Source: Lactobacillus phage LfeInf. Taken from it: a stretch of 24,000 bases of DNA. The notes beneath the pieces were generated by a model, which saw only the letters and a program-made list of their open reading frames with translations, was not told where the DNA came from and made no database searches. The stretch lies in sequence record KP054477.1; one strand, written 5' to 3'. The translations under genes were made by a program, and so were the position numbers. Positions 7,379-16,592 of the stretch are shown piece after piece (the first letter of the stretch is position 1; each line of letters starts with the position of its first letter).

Positions 7379-9204
7379 GAAATGTCAAATCCTTCCTGTT
7401 GGTACTGACGATACCGTTCTTGAGCCTGACGGTACAATATATCGGAATTGGTATTAACTAGATCAAATACATAAACGTCATGTTTATCTTCTTGAATACG
7501 AAGAATCCGACCAATCCGTTGCATTAATGATACATAAGACTTACCACCACTACATTGAACAAATACCTGAATGTTAGGACAGTTAATACCTACTTCAAAA
7601 ATCTTAGTGGCAATTACAATTGGTAATTCACCACTCCGTACCCGATCTAAGACTTTCTCTCTAGTTTCGGTATCATCTTCACCTTTTACATAGTCATACT
7701 TAGCACCGAGTTTATCCAGTTTCTTGGCAATGTTCTCCCCGTGTTCCAGAGAATTAACCATCACCATAACTGCTTTACCATGCTTCTTAACCCGTTCACT
7801 GGCCTTAAAAGCAATGTTAGAAACCACTTGATTGTAGTATTCATTATCAATAACCCCTAAACGATAGGCTAGTTGGTAATTAACTAGATCACCAGTAATC
7901 ATTCCTCGATTAGCCCGGCGTTGTAGTTCAGCCCCTACTCGTTGTTCAAGATCAGTTGGCTGATCAACTTTAACCATCTTAATGTGAGGCTTAGCCGAGA
8001 AACCCCGTTTAATCATCTCATCATTAGAAACATTAGCAATGGGCGTCCCTAACAAGGCTTTAATACGAACCATCTTTAACTTATCCTGTTTAGGCATGGT
8101 ACCAGTTAAACCAATCCGCATACGGGAATTATCCAATTCTTGAAAAATGTTCCAATAAGACTGGGCACCAGCCCCTTGACACTCATCAACAATAGTGGCA
8201 ATAACACTATTTAATAATTCCTTACATTCATCATATCGTTCAAATTCATCTTTATGATTCTTATATACTAACTTTTTGTATTTTTTATATAGGCCGTCAA
8301 AGTATTCTTTGGTTTGTTTTGAATTAGAAACTACTGAATAAATATCTTTTAAATCTTGGGGGTCGTCAGCTTGATACTTATACTTGGGCTTCAAGTTTAG
8401 TGCCAACAATTTTAAATTGGTATAAGGATCTCCATGATCGAAAATCATATTGCGATAAGTAACTGCAAACCGCTCTAAATGCTTATCTTTCTTCTTGGTT
8501 AACTTAACCTCTGGTTTTTTGAGGGTTGAGTTAAGGGTCTGGTAAGTAGCAACAATAATTGGCTTAGTTAAATCCTTCTTACTATCACCCCAGATACCAA
8601 TCTTATCTTTACCTAGATACCGTTGGTAATCATGAAAAAGCTGGTTCATTACACTGGTGTTAGGTGCAATGAATAACAGCTTTTCATTATCCTTGAGGCG
8701 TTGCTCTAATAAAAACTTGAAGATACTAACGGCTACACTCGTCTTACCTGCATTAGTGGCTAACAAGACAATTCCTACTTGATTATCAAAAGCACTTCTT
8801 ACAGACGAATATTGGTAGTCACGCAAGGTTATATCCTTGCCATCACCCATTAAGTCCTTTAAATCAATTTGATCAGGAACTTTAACTAATAGTTGGGGCT
8901 TACGTTGATCTTCATAGGAATACTGAAAGCCTTGGGGGACAATGGCAGTGTCCAATAGTTTAATTAACTCATCATATAAACCAGTGGGAACTAAATTATT
9001 ATCTAAGTCACAGACCTTTTCTCTGCCATCGAAAATTCTGTTACCGTACTTATCCCTCATATTATAGGCTTTCATATGATAACGTTGTGGATTAAGAGGA
9101 TCTAAAGTATTATGAATTTGTTTCTTAATCCACTTAACCTCTTTATCAGGTAGATCTTCAAACACTAATTTAATGTTAATGTTGCCAATTAATAACTTAA
9201 TCAA
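7375..9204 (-). CDS. SF2 DNA helicase, UvsW-like
   Basis: Motif I ATNAGKTS, motif II DECQGAG, motif III GLTGTMPK, motif IV-VI ATKIFEVGINCPNIQ...QRIGRILR. Confidence 0.85.
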   Translation of the reverse strand: MIKLLIGNINIKLVFEDLPDKEVKWIKKQIHNTLDPLNPQRYHMKAYNMRDKYGNRIFDGREKVCDLDNNLVPTGLYDELIKLLDTAIVPQGFQYSYEDQRKPQLLVKVPDQIDLKDLMGDGKDITLRDYQYSSVRSAFDNQVGIVLLATNAGKTSVAVSIFKFLLEQRLKDNEKLLFIAPNTSVMNQLFHDYQRYLGKDKIGIWGDSKKDLTKPIIVATYQTLNSTLKKPEVKLTKKKDKHLERFAVTYRNMIFDHGDPYTNLKLLALNLKPKYKYQADDPQDLKDIYSVVSNSKQTKEYFDGLYKKYKKLVYKNHKDEFERYDECKELLNSVIATIVDECQGAGAQSYWNIFQELDNSRMRIGLTGTMPKQDKLKMVRIKALLGTPIANVSNDEMIKRGFSAKPHIKMVKVDQPTDLEQRVGAELQRRANRGMITGDLVNYQLAYRLGVIDNEYYNQVVSNIAFKASERVKKHGKAVMVMVNSLEHGENIAKKLDKLGAKYDYVKGEDDTETREKVLDRVRSGELPIVIATKIFEVGINCPNIQVFVQCSGGKSYVSLMQRIGRILRIQEDKHDVYVFDLVNTNSDILYRQAQERYRQYQQEGFDIS

Positions 9205-10313
9205 TCACTTTCCCTTGCTTTCATTAGGTAGTTGAGTGCGGACTTTGTAACCTCGGGGTATTTATCCTCACAATAGGACTTAACTAATTCATAGTCACTT
9301 GCATTGTGTTCTAATTCCTCGTCTAAGGCGTTTTCAGACGTTTTAGCAGGGCTAATGGATAATTGTACATGAGCTTGGTTAAAGTCCTTGTATGGGCCAC
9401 TCATGAACTCTGACAGGGTATCATTATCACTGAACACTAACTTGAGGTAATTATCCTTGGCTAATTCCTGATATGCTGATACCTTGCTTTCATCATAATC
9501 AAATTGATTAAAGGTAGGATATAGCTTAGACAGATTAACAAAGGTATGCTTACCAGTTAATGTATCAATCTCATCAAAGCCCCGATCAGCCCCACTACCA
9601 TCTTTATTTAGATCATTAAAAGATAAACCCAGTAAATCTCCAACATACCACGCTGGCTTGGGTTGCTTCTTAATAAAGTAACGGTTGTGGTAATGTCCTA
9701 AGATAACGGCTTTAACATTAGGCTGGTCATAGCCTAGATCAGATAAACTATAAGCACCCTCTAGTCTATGTTGCCAACGCCCTTGGACACCACCTTCAAC
9801 ACCAGTATGTGCAAAGACAGTAGTCGGACCTTTCATATATTTGATGGATTCTTCAATGTCCTTCTTACTCTGTTCTACATTCTCTGTGTAGGGAACAAAA
9901 AATAACTTTGAACCATCATTAAGATTAAAGGACTGGACTTTATTAATTACAACAAAACGGCTGTCTAAATAGGGTAAATCAACTAACGAATTAGGGTGTA
10001 CATCACGCCCCAACTCATCATGATTACCAACATTAAAATATACCTTTGCGTCCTTTGGTAAATTAATCGCACAACTAGCAAGCCAAGCCCGAATATAAGC
10101 TAAGGTAGCTGGGTTATCCCGTTGGCGCTTATCAAATAAGTCACCATTAATTACATAATACATAATACCACGGTCTCGACCGTAACAGAAAAAATAAGAT
10201 AAAGCACCTAACAGACATTCAAGCCGGGAACCAGTTTGTGGTTGACCTGAAATTTCTTCATTAAAAGCATTGTAGTTAGTTAAGTGAATATCACTAGCAA
10301 CTAGCAACTTCAT
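9201..10313 (-). CDS. SbcD/Mre11-like metallophosphoesterase (recombination nuclease subunit); corrected start
   Basis: LLVASDIHLT, VINGDLFDKR, VGNHDE, VFAHTGVEGG, VILGHYHNR motifs; start MKLLVASDIHL with GGGGGTGA ribosome-binding site. Confidence 0.85.
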   Translation of the reverse strand: MKLLVASDIHLTNYNAFNEEISGQPQTGSRLECLLGALSYFFCYGRDRGIMYYVINGDLFDKRQRDNPATLAYIRAWLASCAINLPKDAKVYFNVGNHDELGRDVHPNSLVDLPYLDSRFVVINKVQSFNLNDGSKLFFVPYTENVEQSKKDIEESIKYMKGPTTVFAHTGVEGGVQGRWQHRLEGAYSLSDLGYDQPNVKAVILGHYHNRYFIKKQPKPAWYVGDLLGLSFNDLNKDGSGADRGFDEIDTLTGKHTFVNLSKLYPTFNQFDYDESKVSAYQELAKDNYLKLVFSDNDTLSEFMSGPYKDFNQAHVQLSISPAKTSENALDEELEHNASDYELVKSYCEDKYPEVTKSALNYLMKARESD

Positions 10314-10330
10314 CGGCTTCACCCCCAAAA

Positions 10331-10717
10331 CTATGGTAATTCAATGTGTGGTGTTACCTTAACAACTGCAATTCCTTCTTTACCCTTATAGGTTGCATTG
10401 AAAGAAAGCGATTTAATCTTACCTGCCAACCGCTTACCAATGGAACCACGAGAAGAACCCAAGGCTGATTCAGCTTCGCTAACATTGCTAAAGACCAATT
10501 CTTGGAATTTAAGACCGGAATCTAGCGGGGCAAAACTAATCTTAACTCCACCCTTTTGTCGCTTAGTTTGACCTTGCTTCAACTCATTGCACAATGCTTG
10601 GGTTTCCTTAGCCTTTTGCTCTAAATCATCTAACTTCTTAGTTAGCTTATTAATATCCTCTAACATCTTTGGAACTTGGTCACTCAACTTGTTTACTAAT
10701 TCTGCTTGATTATCCAT
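10331..10717 (-). CDS. Hypothetical protein with N-terminal coiled coil
   Basis: Heptad-like INKLTKKLDDLEQKAKETQALCNEL; complete ORF. Confidence 0.6.
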   Translation of the reverse strand: MDNQAELVNKLSDQVPKMLEDINKLTKKLDDLEQKAKETQALCNELKQGQTKRQKGGVKISFAPLDSGLKFQELVFSNVSEAESALGSSRGSIGKRLAGKIKSLSFNATYKGKEGIAVVKVTPHIELP

Positions 10718-10762
10718 TTTACAGTCCTTCTTTCAATTTTTATTAATTCAATAGTCTAGCGA

Positions 10763-11053
10763 CTACTTTGCCTTATCGTCAATCATGTGTTTTAATTCTC
10801 TAAGTAAAGCCTTCCTATTAGTTTTATTACATCGAAGGTCGCTTCGACGAGAATCTAAAAATCGAATCATACTAACTTCGTGTTCACTCAAAAACATCTC
10901 AAAATTTTGCATACAATCTTTGCATAAATCAAAGGGGCAATAGTAACTTTCGTAGTAATCATTATTAACGTGCATATCTATCCAGAAGTCACCATCAGCT
11001 TTTCTTCCACACACATCACAAATATACTGTGTTTCAGTTACTTGTTTTTCCAC
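10763..11053 (-). CDS. Zinc-ribbon-like small protein
   Basis: CDVCG...CPFDLCKDC cysteine pattern. Confidence 0.6.
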   Translation of the reverse strand: MEKQVTETQYICDVCGRKADGDFWIDMHVNNDYYESYYCPFDLCKDCMQNFEMFLSEHEVSMIRFLDSRRSDLRCNKTNRKALLRELKHMIDDKAK

Positions 11054-11253
11054 TATTCTTCTCCTTTATTTAGTTTTCGCCCACACATTGGACAAAAATT
11101 CAGTAGTCGTTCATAGCATGACACTGCGCCATCATCACCAAAAACAACGGTTCCATCATTACTAATGGCTAAGAAGTCACTACTGCCTTCAATAATAGAC
11201 CTCATGATTCTTTTATCTGGCGAACAGTATGGACAATTTTTATTGTTTTCCAT
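11053..11253 (-). CDS. Zinc-ribbon-like small protein; start probably MENNKNCPYC
   Basis: CPYC ... CPMCGRKL. Confidence 0.55.
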   Translation of the reverse strand: MENNKNCPYCSPDKRIMRSIIEGSSDFLAISNDGTVVFGDDGAVSCYERLLNFCPMCGRKLNKGEE

Positions 11254-11545
11254 TCTTATCTCCTTTAGTTGTCTCTGCATTATTTAATTGTGTAACCTTG
11301 AAACATTCGTTTTGAACCTTGTCGTATACGTCAACATACATTTCACCCTTATCTCCATTAAACGTGCATTCAAAATAATGATCGGTAAAGCAAGTTCCTA
11401 GGAGTACCTTACGGTTCTGTAAGGTCTTAGAGTACCAAACAACGAAAATGTCATTGTAACTGATACCGTCCATATCTTCAACATTGTGCCATAGCCATTG
11501 TAGAACTTTATACTTTGCAAAACTAATAAACCTTTGACCAGTCAT
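11240..11545 (-). CDS. Hypothetical protein (101 aa)
   Basis: ORF in a tightly packed minus-strand cluster. Confidence 0.55.
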   Translation of the reverse strand: MTGQRFISFAKYKVLQWLWHNVEDMDGISYNDIFVVWYSKTLQNRKVLLGTCFTDHYFECTFNGDKGEMYVDVYDKVQNECFKVTQLNNAETTKGDKNGKQ

Positions 11546-11763
11546 TTTTTATCTCCTTTAGTTACCTTTCCTTTTGCCAACCATCTTCTTTGTCCACGGT
11601 ACTTGGTGCCTTGGTACTTTGGTAGGTGCATATGCTTCGCTTGCCAATTAATAAACATTGGCCAATCTGCGTCAACACCTCGATCTACGCTTTTGTTAGC
11701 CTTCTCGTTCATGACAATGTATTTGTGCCAAGAACGTCTAGATCTAGGATTTATTTTTGTCAT
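11542..11763 (-). CDS. Small basic hypothetical protein
   Basis: ORF in a tightly packed minus-strand cluster with short overlap. Confidence 0.5.
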   Translation of the reverse strand: MTKINPRSRRSWHKYIVMNEKANKSVDRGVDADWPMFINWQAKHMHLPKYQGTKYRGQRRWLAKGKVTKGDKK

Positions 11764-11792
11764 TTGATCACCCCCATAAACCCCTACTATAC

Positions 11793-12089
11793 TTACTCAT
11801 CGTCATCAGGAAGATAGCTTCCACATAGCTCAATCAAGTTAGCAAACATCTTTGAATTAGGCTTATCTAAGTAACCACCTTCTAATTTAATGGCAGGAGT
11901 CCCCTCAACTTCAATCATAGATAGCACAATTTCACCATCATATTTAACTATGACATCACCTGCGGATTGTTGCTGTAATTCAAGAAAAGTACCATTTAAG
12001 TTAGCTTTTGTATTGTCTTTTGTAATGATTTCACAGCTTAAATGTGAATCTATTTTAGTAAGTTTATTTTGTAATTCATTTTTTAACAT
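11793..12089 (-). CDS. Hypothetical protein, apparent family member of 895..1185 and 1872..2153
   Basis: EVEGTPAIKL....FANLIELCGSYLPDD pattern. Confidence 0.6.
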   Translation of the reverse strand: MLKNELQNKLTKIDSHLSCEIITKDNTKANLNGTFLELQQQSAGDVIVKYDGEIVLSMIEVEGTPAIKLEGGYLDKPNSKMFANLIELCGSYLPDDDE

Positions 12090-12307
12090 TATTTATCCAC
12101 CTCAACATTATAGAAGTTATCTACAAGTTCCTTAACCAAGGTTCTTTGTTCTTCTTCTGGGCATAGAGTTCTTAATATGATTTCCATTGCAATTGCACAT
12201 TGAAGGCCATTATATTGTTCCCCTGCATTTTGAAATCCTTTAATAACTTGGCTAATTGTTTCTTCATCTAATTTCTCTTGTTCTAGGAAATGCTTATCTA
12301 TCTCCAT
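12089..12307 (-). CDS. Hypothetical protein (72 aa)
   Basis: ORF with ATG/TAA overlap to the next gene. Confidence 0.55.
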   Translation of the reverse strand: MEIDKHFLEQEKLDEETISQVIKGFQNAGEQYNGLQCAIAMEIILRTLCPEEEQRTLVKELVDNFYNVEVDK

Positions 12308-12319
12308 CTATCATCACTC

Positions 12320-12571
12320 CTAACAAATAATTGTCGGCTCCGAGAACTTATCAACATCAATAGCACTAACACAAAAATCAGAAGATTTGTATAAATGATG
12401 TGTCTGTACTCGGTTGAGAAACTTAGCCACCATCTCAATAGCATCATTTTCATTTTTGGCAACTACTACATGGCTTAATTCTAAGCCACGAACTTCTGGT
12501 ATCACCTCATAAATTTTAATCTTGCGTCCTCCTAATGTGCCTTGTCGTCCATGATGGCTTGCTTTTGCCAT
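12320..12571 (-). CDS. Hypothetical protein (83 aa)
   Basis: ORF in cluster; start uncertain. Confidence 0.5.
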   Translation of the reverse strand: MAKASHHGRQGTLGGRKIKIYEVIPEVRGLELSHVVVAKNENDAIEMVAKFLNRVQTHHLYKSSDFCVSAIDVDKFSEPTIIC

Positions 12572-12687
12572 TGGTCAAACTCGTATTCCTTTTCCTTCTT
12601 AGCTTCTTCTGGGTGGTCACGATACCAGAGGTATTCGTCATACCCTAAGTCGTTTTCAAAACTGTAATCTTCGTACTTCTTATCCAT
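12532..12687 (-). CDS. Small acidic/charged hypothetical protein; corrected start
   Basis: MDKKYEDYSFENDLGYDEYLWY start at 12687 behind the promoter/leader repeat. Confidence 0.55.
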   Translation of the reverse strand: MDKKYEDYSFENDLGYDEYLWYRDHPEEAKKEKEYEFDQWQKQAIMDDKAH

Positions 12688-12694
12688 TATTAGT

Positions 12695-12796
12695 ACCTTC
12701 CTTTTCTTTTTGTTCTTATCCTTTCGACAACTATATAATACCACAAGTAGAGATAGTGTCAATACTTTTTGTTAAAAAATATAAAATAAAAGACTG
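12695..12796 (-). repeat. Promoter/leader intergenic repeat, copy 2
   Basis: Near-identical to 3946..4048. Confidence 0.85.
12735..12762 (-). promoter_or_regulatory. Extended -10 promoter
   Basis: TTGACA-N16-TATTAT with TGG before the -10. Confidence 0.8.
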
Positions 12797-12824
12797 CCCT
12801 GTAAACCAATACAAGACAGCCTTT
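12789..12824 (-). terminator. Intrinsic terminator ending the orphan transcript
   Basis: 15-bp hairpin AAAGGCTGTCTTGTA/TACAGGGCAGTCTTT (with G-U pairs) followed by TTTATTTTAT. Confidence 0.85.
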
Positions 12825-12934
12825 GCACTGAATAAAGTCAAGCTACCTACCTACCGCACAAGTCTCGTCACAATACTTTGCTACCAAGGGGATAGTAAAC
12901 TTAACCAACATTAATTTAACGACTAAATCAATGT
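12789..12934 (-). ncRNA. Candidate ~145-nt independent transcript
   Basis: Bounded by promoter 12941..12969 and terminator 12789..12824; no ORF with a convincing ribosome-binding site. Confidence 0.5.
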
Positions 12935-12940
12935 AACTAT

Positions 12941-12969
12941 ATAGTATCACTTTAATATGGTAATGTCAA
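12941..12969 (-). promoter_or_regulatory. Extended -10 promoter of the orphan transcript
   Basis: TTGACA-N17-TACTAT with TGA before the -10. Confidence 0.75.
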
Positions 12970-12987
12970 TAGTTTGTTCTAAAATAA

Positions 12988-13022
12988 AAAGACTGTTTGT
13001 AAACTAATACAAGACAGCCTTT
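12988..13022 (-). terminator. Terminator downstream of the tail sheath gene
   Basis: AAAGGCTGTCTTGTATTAGTTTACAAACAGTCTTT followed by TTATTTT. Confidence 0.85.
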
Positions 13023-13112
13023 CAACTAGGAGTGTCCTTTGACTGAAATCAAAGTTATATACGGAGGATTAACCTAATAATAACATACCTTTACAATATG
13101 TCAACCCTAAAA

Positions 13113-14981
13113 TTAACCATTTACACCATTATTGATAGTATAAGTAGAGTTGTCTTGAGAAGTTGTGCTAGTGAAGTTAGTGTAAGTACCACTTACAAGA
13201 ATTGTCCGTACTTCACGTGTTGGTGCGGCACTAAAGGCAACATAGGCGCTATTACCATCAATGGTACAAGTAATGCTTTGCCGATCATAACTTGCTAACA
13301 GCCCTTCGCTAACCTTTTGCTTCAAGAATGCTTCGATGAAACTAGCAATTAAACTCCCCGTAGTATTTACTACGCTAGAACCGATGAAGGTATCTTCAAG
13401 ATAGATACGAAGATCATCAAATAAGTAGTCGGTGATTTCCCGGAGTGAAACTAAGTTCTTAACTGGTTCATTCGTGGAGTTGTAAGTAGTAACATCTTCA
13501 ACAATCCGGTAGCCCCCAGATTGGTTGCGGTTAACTACCTTCTCAATTGCGATAACCCCATTATCATCAAGGGCGTTCAATTCATCACCATTGAAATTCT
13601 GATCAAGGCTAGTTAATTCAAGATACTTGTGGGTAACAGCGTCACCAACACTCAAGGAACTAGCAACCCCCGCTACATAGGCGGCCATTAAGTAAGCGGG
13701 TGCGTGAACGACTTTCCCACTAAGACTATTGTAATACCCAGAGTTAGCTACTAAGGCAATACGATCAGACTTTAAAGCTGTTTGCCGATTGATAGCAGTG
13801 TTCATGCTTTCGTTAAATCCGCCACCAACCCAACCAAAGTAGTTATAACCAAGAATTTCTTCTTCATTTAAGAACTCTTTCAGTTCGGCGTGAATGTTTT
13901 CTTCACTCGTCAACGGAACAATGTAGTAAGCATTGACCCCATGAACGTTCTGGAACTTATCAGCCCAAGAAACTGGTACATTACCATCGCTACCACCAGA
14001 AAGATTAATAGCGTCAAATGGTACAAAGTCAATCTCTTGTGCATTAGCAGTAACTACCGTGTCACTACCACTAGCCTCGGCACTTACACCTGTTGGTGCC
14101 CCTAAGCGATTAACACTAATACCTACATAATCATCATAGCGAGTGGTGTAAAGTAAGTCACCATAAAAGTCGGTAATCGTAGTTGGTGAAGCGCTAGTAC
14201 CCAAAGTAAGATAACCACTACCACTGGTCAAGTCCAAAGTGGTTGAATCAATGTTAGCACAACTCTTTAACGTTGTGACGGAAAAACCAGGTAATGCACT
14301 AATGGCGGTGATAACCTTACCAATGTTATTGTAAGCGGTACTGGTCAAGTCCATCGTTAAGACTGTTTGTGTTGTCGAACTGGACGTATTTAATGCAATT
14401 TCAAAGGTTTGGGCACCAGAAAGATCACCCGTAATCTTATAACTAGCCCCCGTTACACTAGGAGAAGTCGGGTCATAACCAATCGTAAAGAGATTACCAA
14501 TACTCATGTAAGTTTGAGAATACATCTTGGGTTCATAATCAACATGGAAATCATAAGCCCCAGATACAGGGTTCTTGTTAAATGAAACAGATACCTTATT
14601 AGCACTTGCCCCATAAACCGTAGAAGTAAAAGTTAAAGGCCCCTTGACCAACTTAGCTTGGGTTGCATTTTCAACCCGTTGTGCATAGATTGTCCCACCG
14701 TTTTGGTAGTAGCTACCAGTTGGGTTCCAGATTAATTCCATTGCTTCAACCAGATCACCAGACCCAAAAATGGCCCGGGCTTGGGAAGATGATTTAACTT
14801 CATAGATATTATCTGGGTTGCCTTCTGTTGCTGATCCTAATAGGAAGATATTCTTGGACGAAGAACCTGCAACATTATTTAATGCGTTATCATTGTATTG
14901 TGTTGCAACGTGTGGACGTGTATTAGTTTCCTTAGGATAAATTAACTTCATCGTTTCAGATGATTTAGTTAGTGTTGCCAT
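13113..14981 (-). CDS. Contractile tail sheath protein
   Basis: 622 aa; N-terminal RPHVATQYNDNALNNVAGSSSKNIFLLGSATEGNP...GSGDLVEAMELIWNP and C-terminal layout typical of SPO1-like sheaths. Confidence 0.85.
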   Translation of the reverse strand: MATLTKSSETMKLIYPKETNTRPHVATQYNDNALNNVAGSSSKNIFLLGSATEGNPDNIYEVKSSSQARAIFGSGDLVEAMELIWNPTGSYYQNGGTIYAQRVENATQAKLVKGPLTFTSTVYGASANKVSVSFNKNPVSGAYDFHVDYEPKMYSQTYMSIGNLFTIGYDPTSPSVTGASYKITGDLSGAQTFEIALNTSSSTTQTVLTMDLTSTAYNNIGKVITAISALPGFSVTTLKSCANIDSTTLDLTSGSGYLTLGTSASPTTITDFYGDLLYTTRYDDYVGISVNRLGAPTGVSAEASGSDTVVTANAQEIDFVPFDAINLSGGSDGNVPVSWADKFQNVHGVNAYYIVPLTSEENIHAELKEFLNEEEILGYNYFGWVGGGFNESMNTAINRQTALKSDRIALVANSGYYNSLSGKVVHAPAYLMAAYVAGVASSLSVGDAVTHKYLELTSLDQNFNGDELNALDDNGVIAIEKVVNRNQSGGYRIVEDVTTYNSTNEPVKNLVSLREITDYLFDDLRIYLEDTFIGSSVVNTTGSLIASFIEAFLKQKVSEGLLASYDRQSITCTIDGNSAYVAFSAAPTREVRTILVSGTYTNFTSTTSQDNSTYTINNGVNG

Positions 14982-15061
14982 ATAATCCCCTTTTCTGTTA
15001 AGTTATTTAATTTACTACTTTCAATATAGCTATATTAGCAAACTTTATCTTAAATGGTCAT

Positions 15062-15994
15062 TTAGTTATAGAAACCAACCTCTGGATTCCCATAGTAAGC
15101 CTTAATACCATTAGCTAAGTCTTTCATATCTGATTGTAGTAGCTTAATATCAGCCGTGGTAGCCGTATTTTCGGCACTTGCTGTGGTGTTCATTCCCGTT
15201 GAAATTCCGTCCATCGAAACATTATAGGAAGCAATCCCAGCCCCGATAATGTTACGACCCCACTTTTCTAGAATTTCAATTGCGGCTAGTTTAGCCACAT
15301 AGGATTGGACGTCTGGCTGAATCTGATAGTCATGGAACTCACCAATTCGATCACTAGCCGGCATCATACCCACAACAGATGTTACCCCTAGCATTTGAGG
15401 GCTTACTTCAATCTGTTGGAATGGTGTTGGAGCCATACCATACGGGTTAGAAAGGATTGGGTAGATAGTCGGGTTAATGGTTGTATTTAACCCTTGCATT
15501 AAGATACTAGGAGAAACCTGAATCTGGCCCGAACGATTATTAACCTTGACCCATTCCATAGGAACTCGCATAATCGTTTGATTGTTATAGTACAATGTTA
15601 AATCTTTTACCGTCAAAATTGGCCGTAAAGTTGTATTCATATAAGCAAACGCATTAAAATCATTCCGGTGATAGTCTAGCCGATCAACTTGTAACCGAGG
15701 AAGAATCGCCAAGTCAAACTTCTTCTCTGTTTGTGAGACTGCCCGAATTAACATATTCTGATAGAAATCATCTGAATAGGATTCACCGGTTACTGGGTCT
15801 ACTAAATCCCTTCCCAAACCAAGTAATTCCTGTTGAATAATATCTTTATTTAACCCTAAATCATCTAGGCTGATATTCTTCCATTTATCATCTAACGCAT
15901 AATCTGGGTTGCCTGTATAATTCTGTAAGCTACCTGCGTCATCTACAATTGTAAAATAATCTTGTATATCTTTTAAAGACACCTTTTTCACCAC
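15062..15994 (-). CDS. Neck/head-tail connector-like structural protein
   Basis: 310 aa; gene upstream of the tail sheath; composition of SPO1-like neck proteins. Confidence 0.45.
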   Translation of the reverse strand: MVKKVSLKDIQDYFTIVDDAGSLQNYTGNPDYALDDKWKNISLDDLGLNKDIIQQELLGLGRDLVDPVTGESYSDDFYQNMLIRAVSQTEKKFDLAILPRLQVDRLDYHRNDFNAFAYMNTTLRPILTVKDLTLYYNNQTIMRVPMEWVKVNNRSGQIQVSPSILMQGLNTTINPTIYPILSNPYGMAPTPFQQIEVSPQMLGVTSVVGMMPASDRIGEFHDYQIQPDVQSYVAKLAAIEILEKWGRNIIGAGIASYNVSMDGISTGMNTTASAENTATTADIKLLQSDMKDLANGIKAYYGNPEVGFYN

Positions 15995-16017
15995 CTATCT
16001 TTACTTAATATACAATA

Positions 16018-16586
16018 AAAGCTCACCACCCATATTGGGTAGTGAGCTTCTTTTATAAACTTGCGTATTGGTTTACGTGGAATATCAGCAAACAGACTTT
16101 ATTAGGTGACAGCACCTATCAGGCTTACTATTTGTTCGTCAACAAACAGCTCTGATAGCAAATGGCCAAGGCTGGGCTGGGATCGGTACCCACCAACTTT
16201 CACTAAGCGTAAGCATAGATTGTAATATACATAACTTGTAAATTTAAATACCGTTAGCTACTCATACACCACTGGACTGTTATACACGTGTTACCACGCT
16301 TCATCGGTAACTACCTTAATGAGACCTCCCGCTTTGGGTCATTCGCTTGTTCAAGGCGATTTAACTACGGGTATAGTATTGTGGTTAGCCAGTCCGTGGC
16401 TACCCTAAATCCTCAAGCTAATTTCCATGATTACCTCCACCCTAGATTTTTTTCTCTAGTTGGTAACACTATTAACTGTTACTAATTGAAATGGCTAAGC
16501 TATCGTTTAACCACGTCTTAGGTGCTTTATAGGTAATCATGAGGGGCGGGTTTGCAATACCCTTATCCACCCACTTCAAGTTTACA
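16018..16586 (-). ncRNA. Large structured non-coding RNA (~570 nt), candidate ROOL/GOLLD-type ornate RNA
   Basis: Own extended -10 promoter, own terminator, no plausible minus-strand gene, many perfect stems: CATGATTACC/GGTAATCATG (16532-16541 with 16426-16435), GTAACA/TGTTAC, GTTACC/GGTAAC, TTTGTT-GACG-AACAAA, TAGGTG-CTGT-CACCTA. Confidence 0.75.
16019..16049 (-). terminator. Terminator of the large RNA
   Basis: AAGCTCACTACCCA-ATA-TGGGTGGTGAGCTT followed by TTATTGTATATT. Confidence 0.85.
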
Positions 16587-16592
16587 TTTATT

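Noticed and set aside
16288-16485. Plus-strand 65-aa ORF inside the 570-nt RNA
   Set aside because: No ribosome-binding site or promoter; antisense to the structured transcript.
16018-16586. Possible group I or group II intron
   Set aside because: No recognisable group I core (P/Q/R/S) or group II domain V sequence, no split exons around it, and it has its own promoter and terminator.
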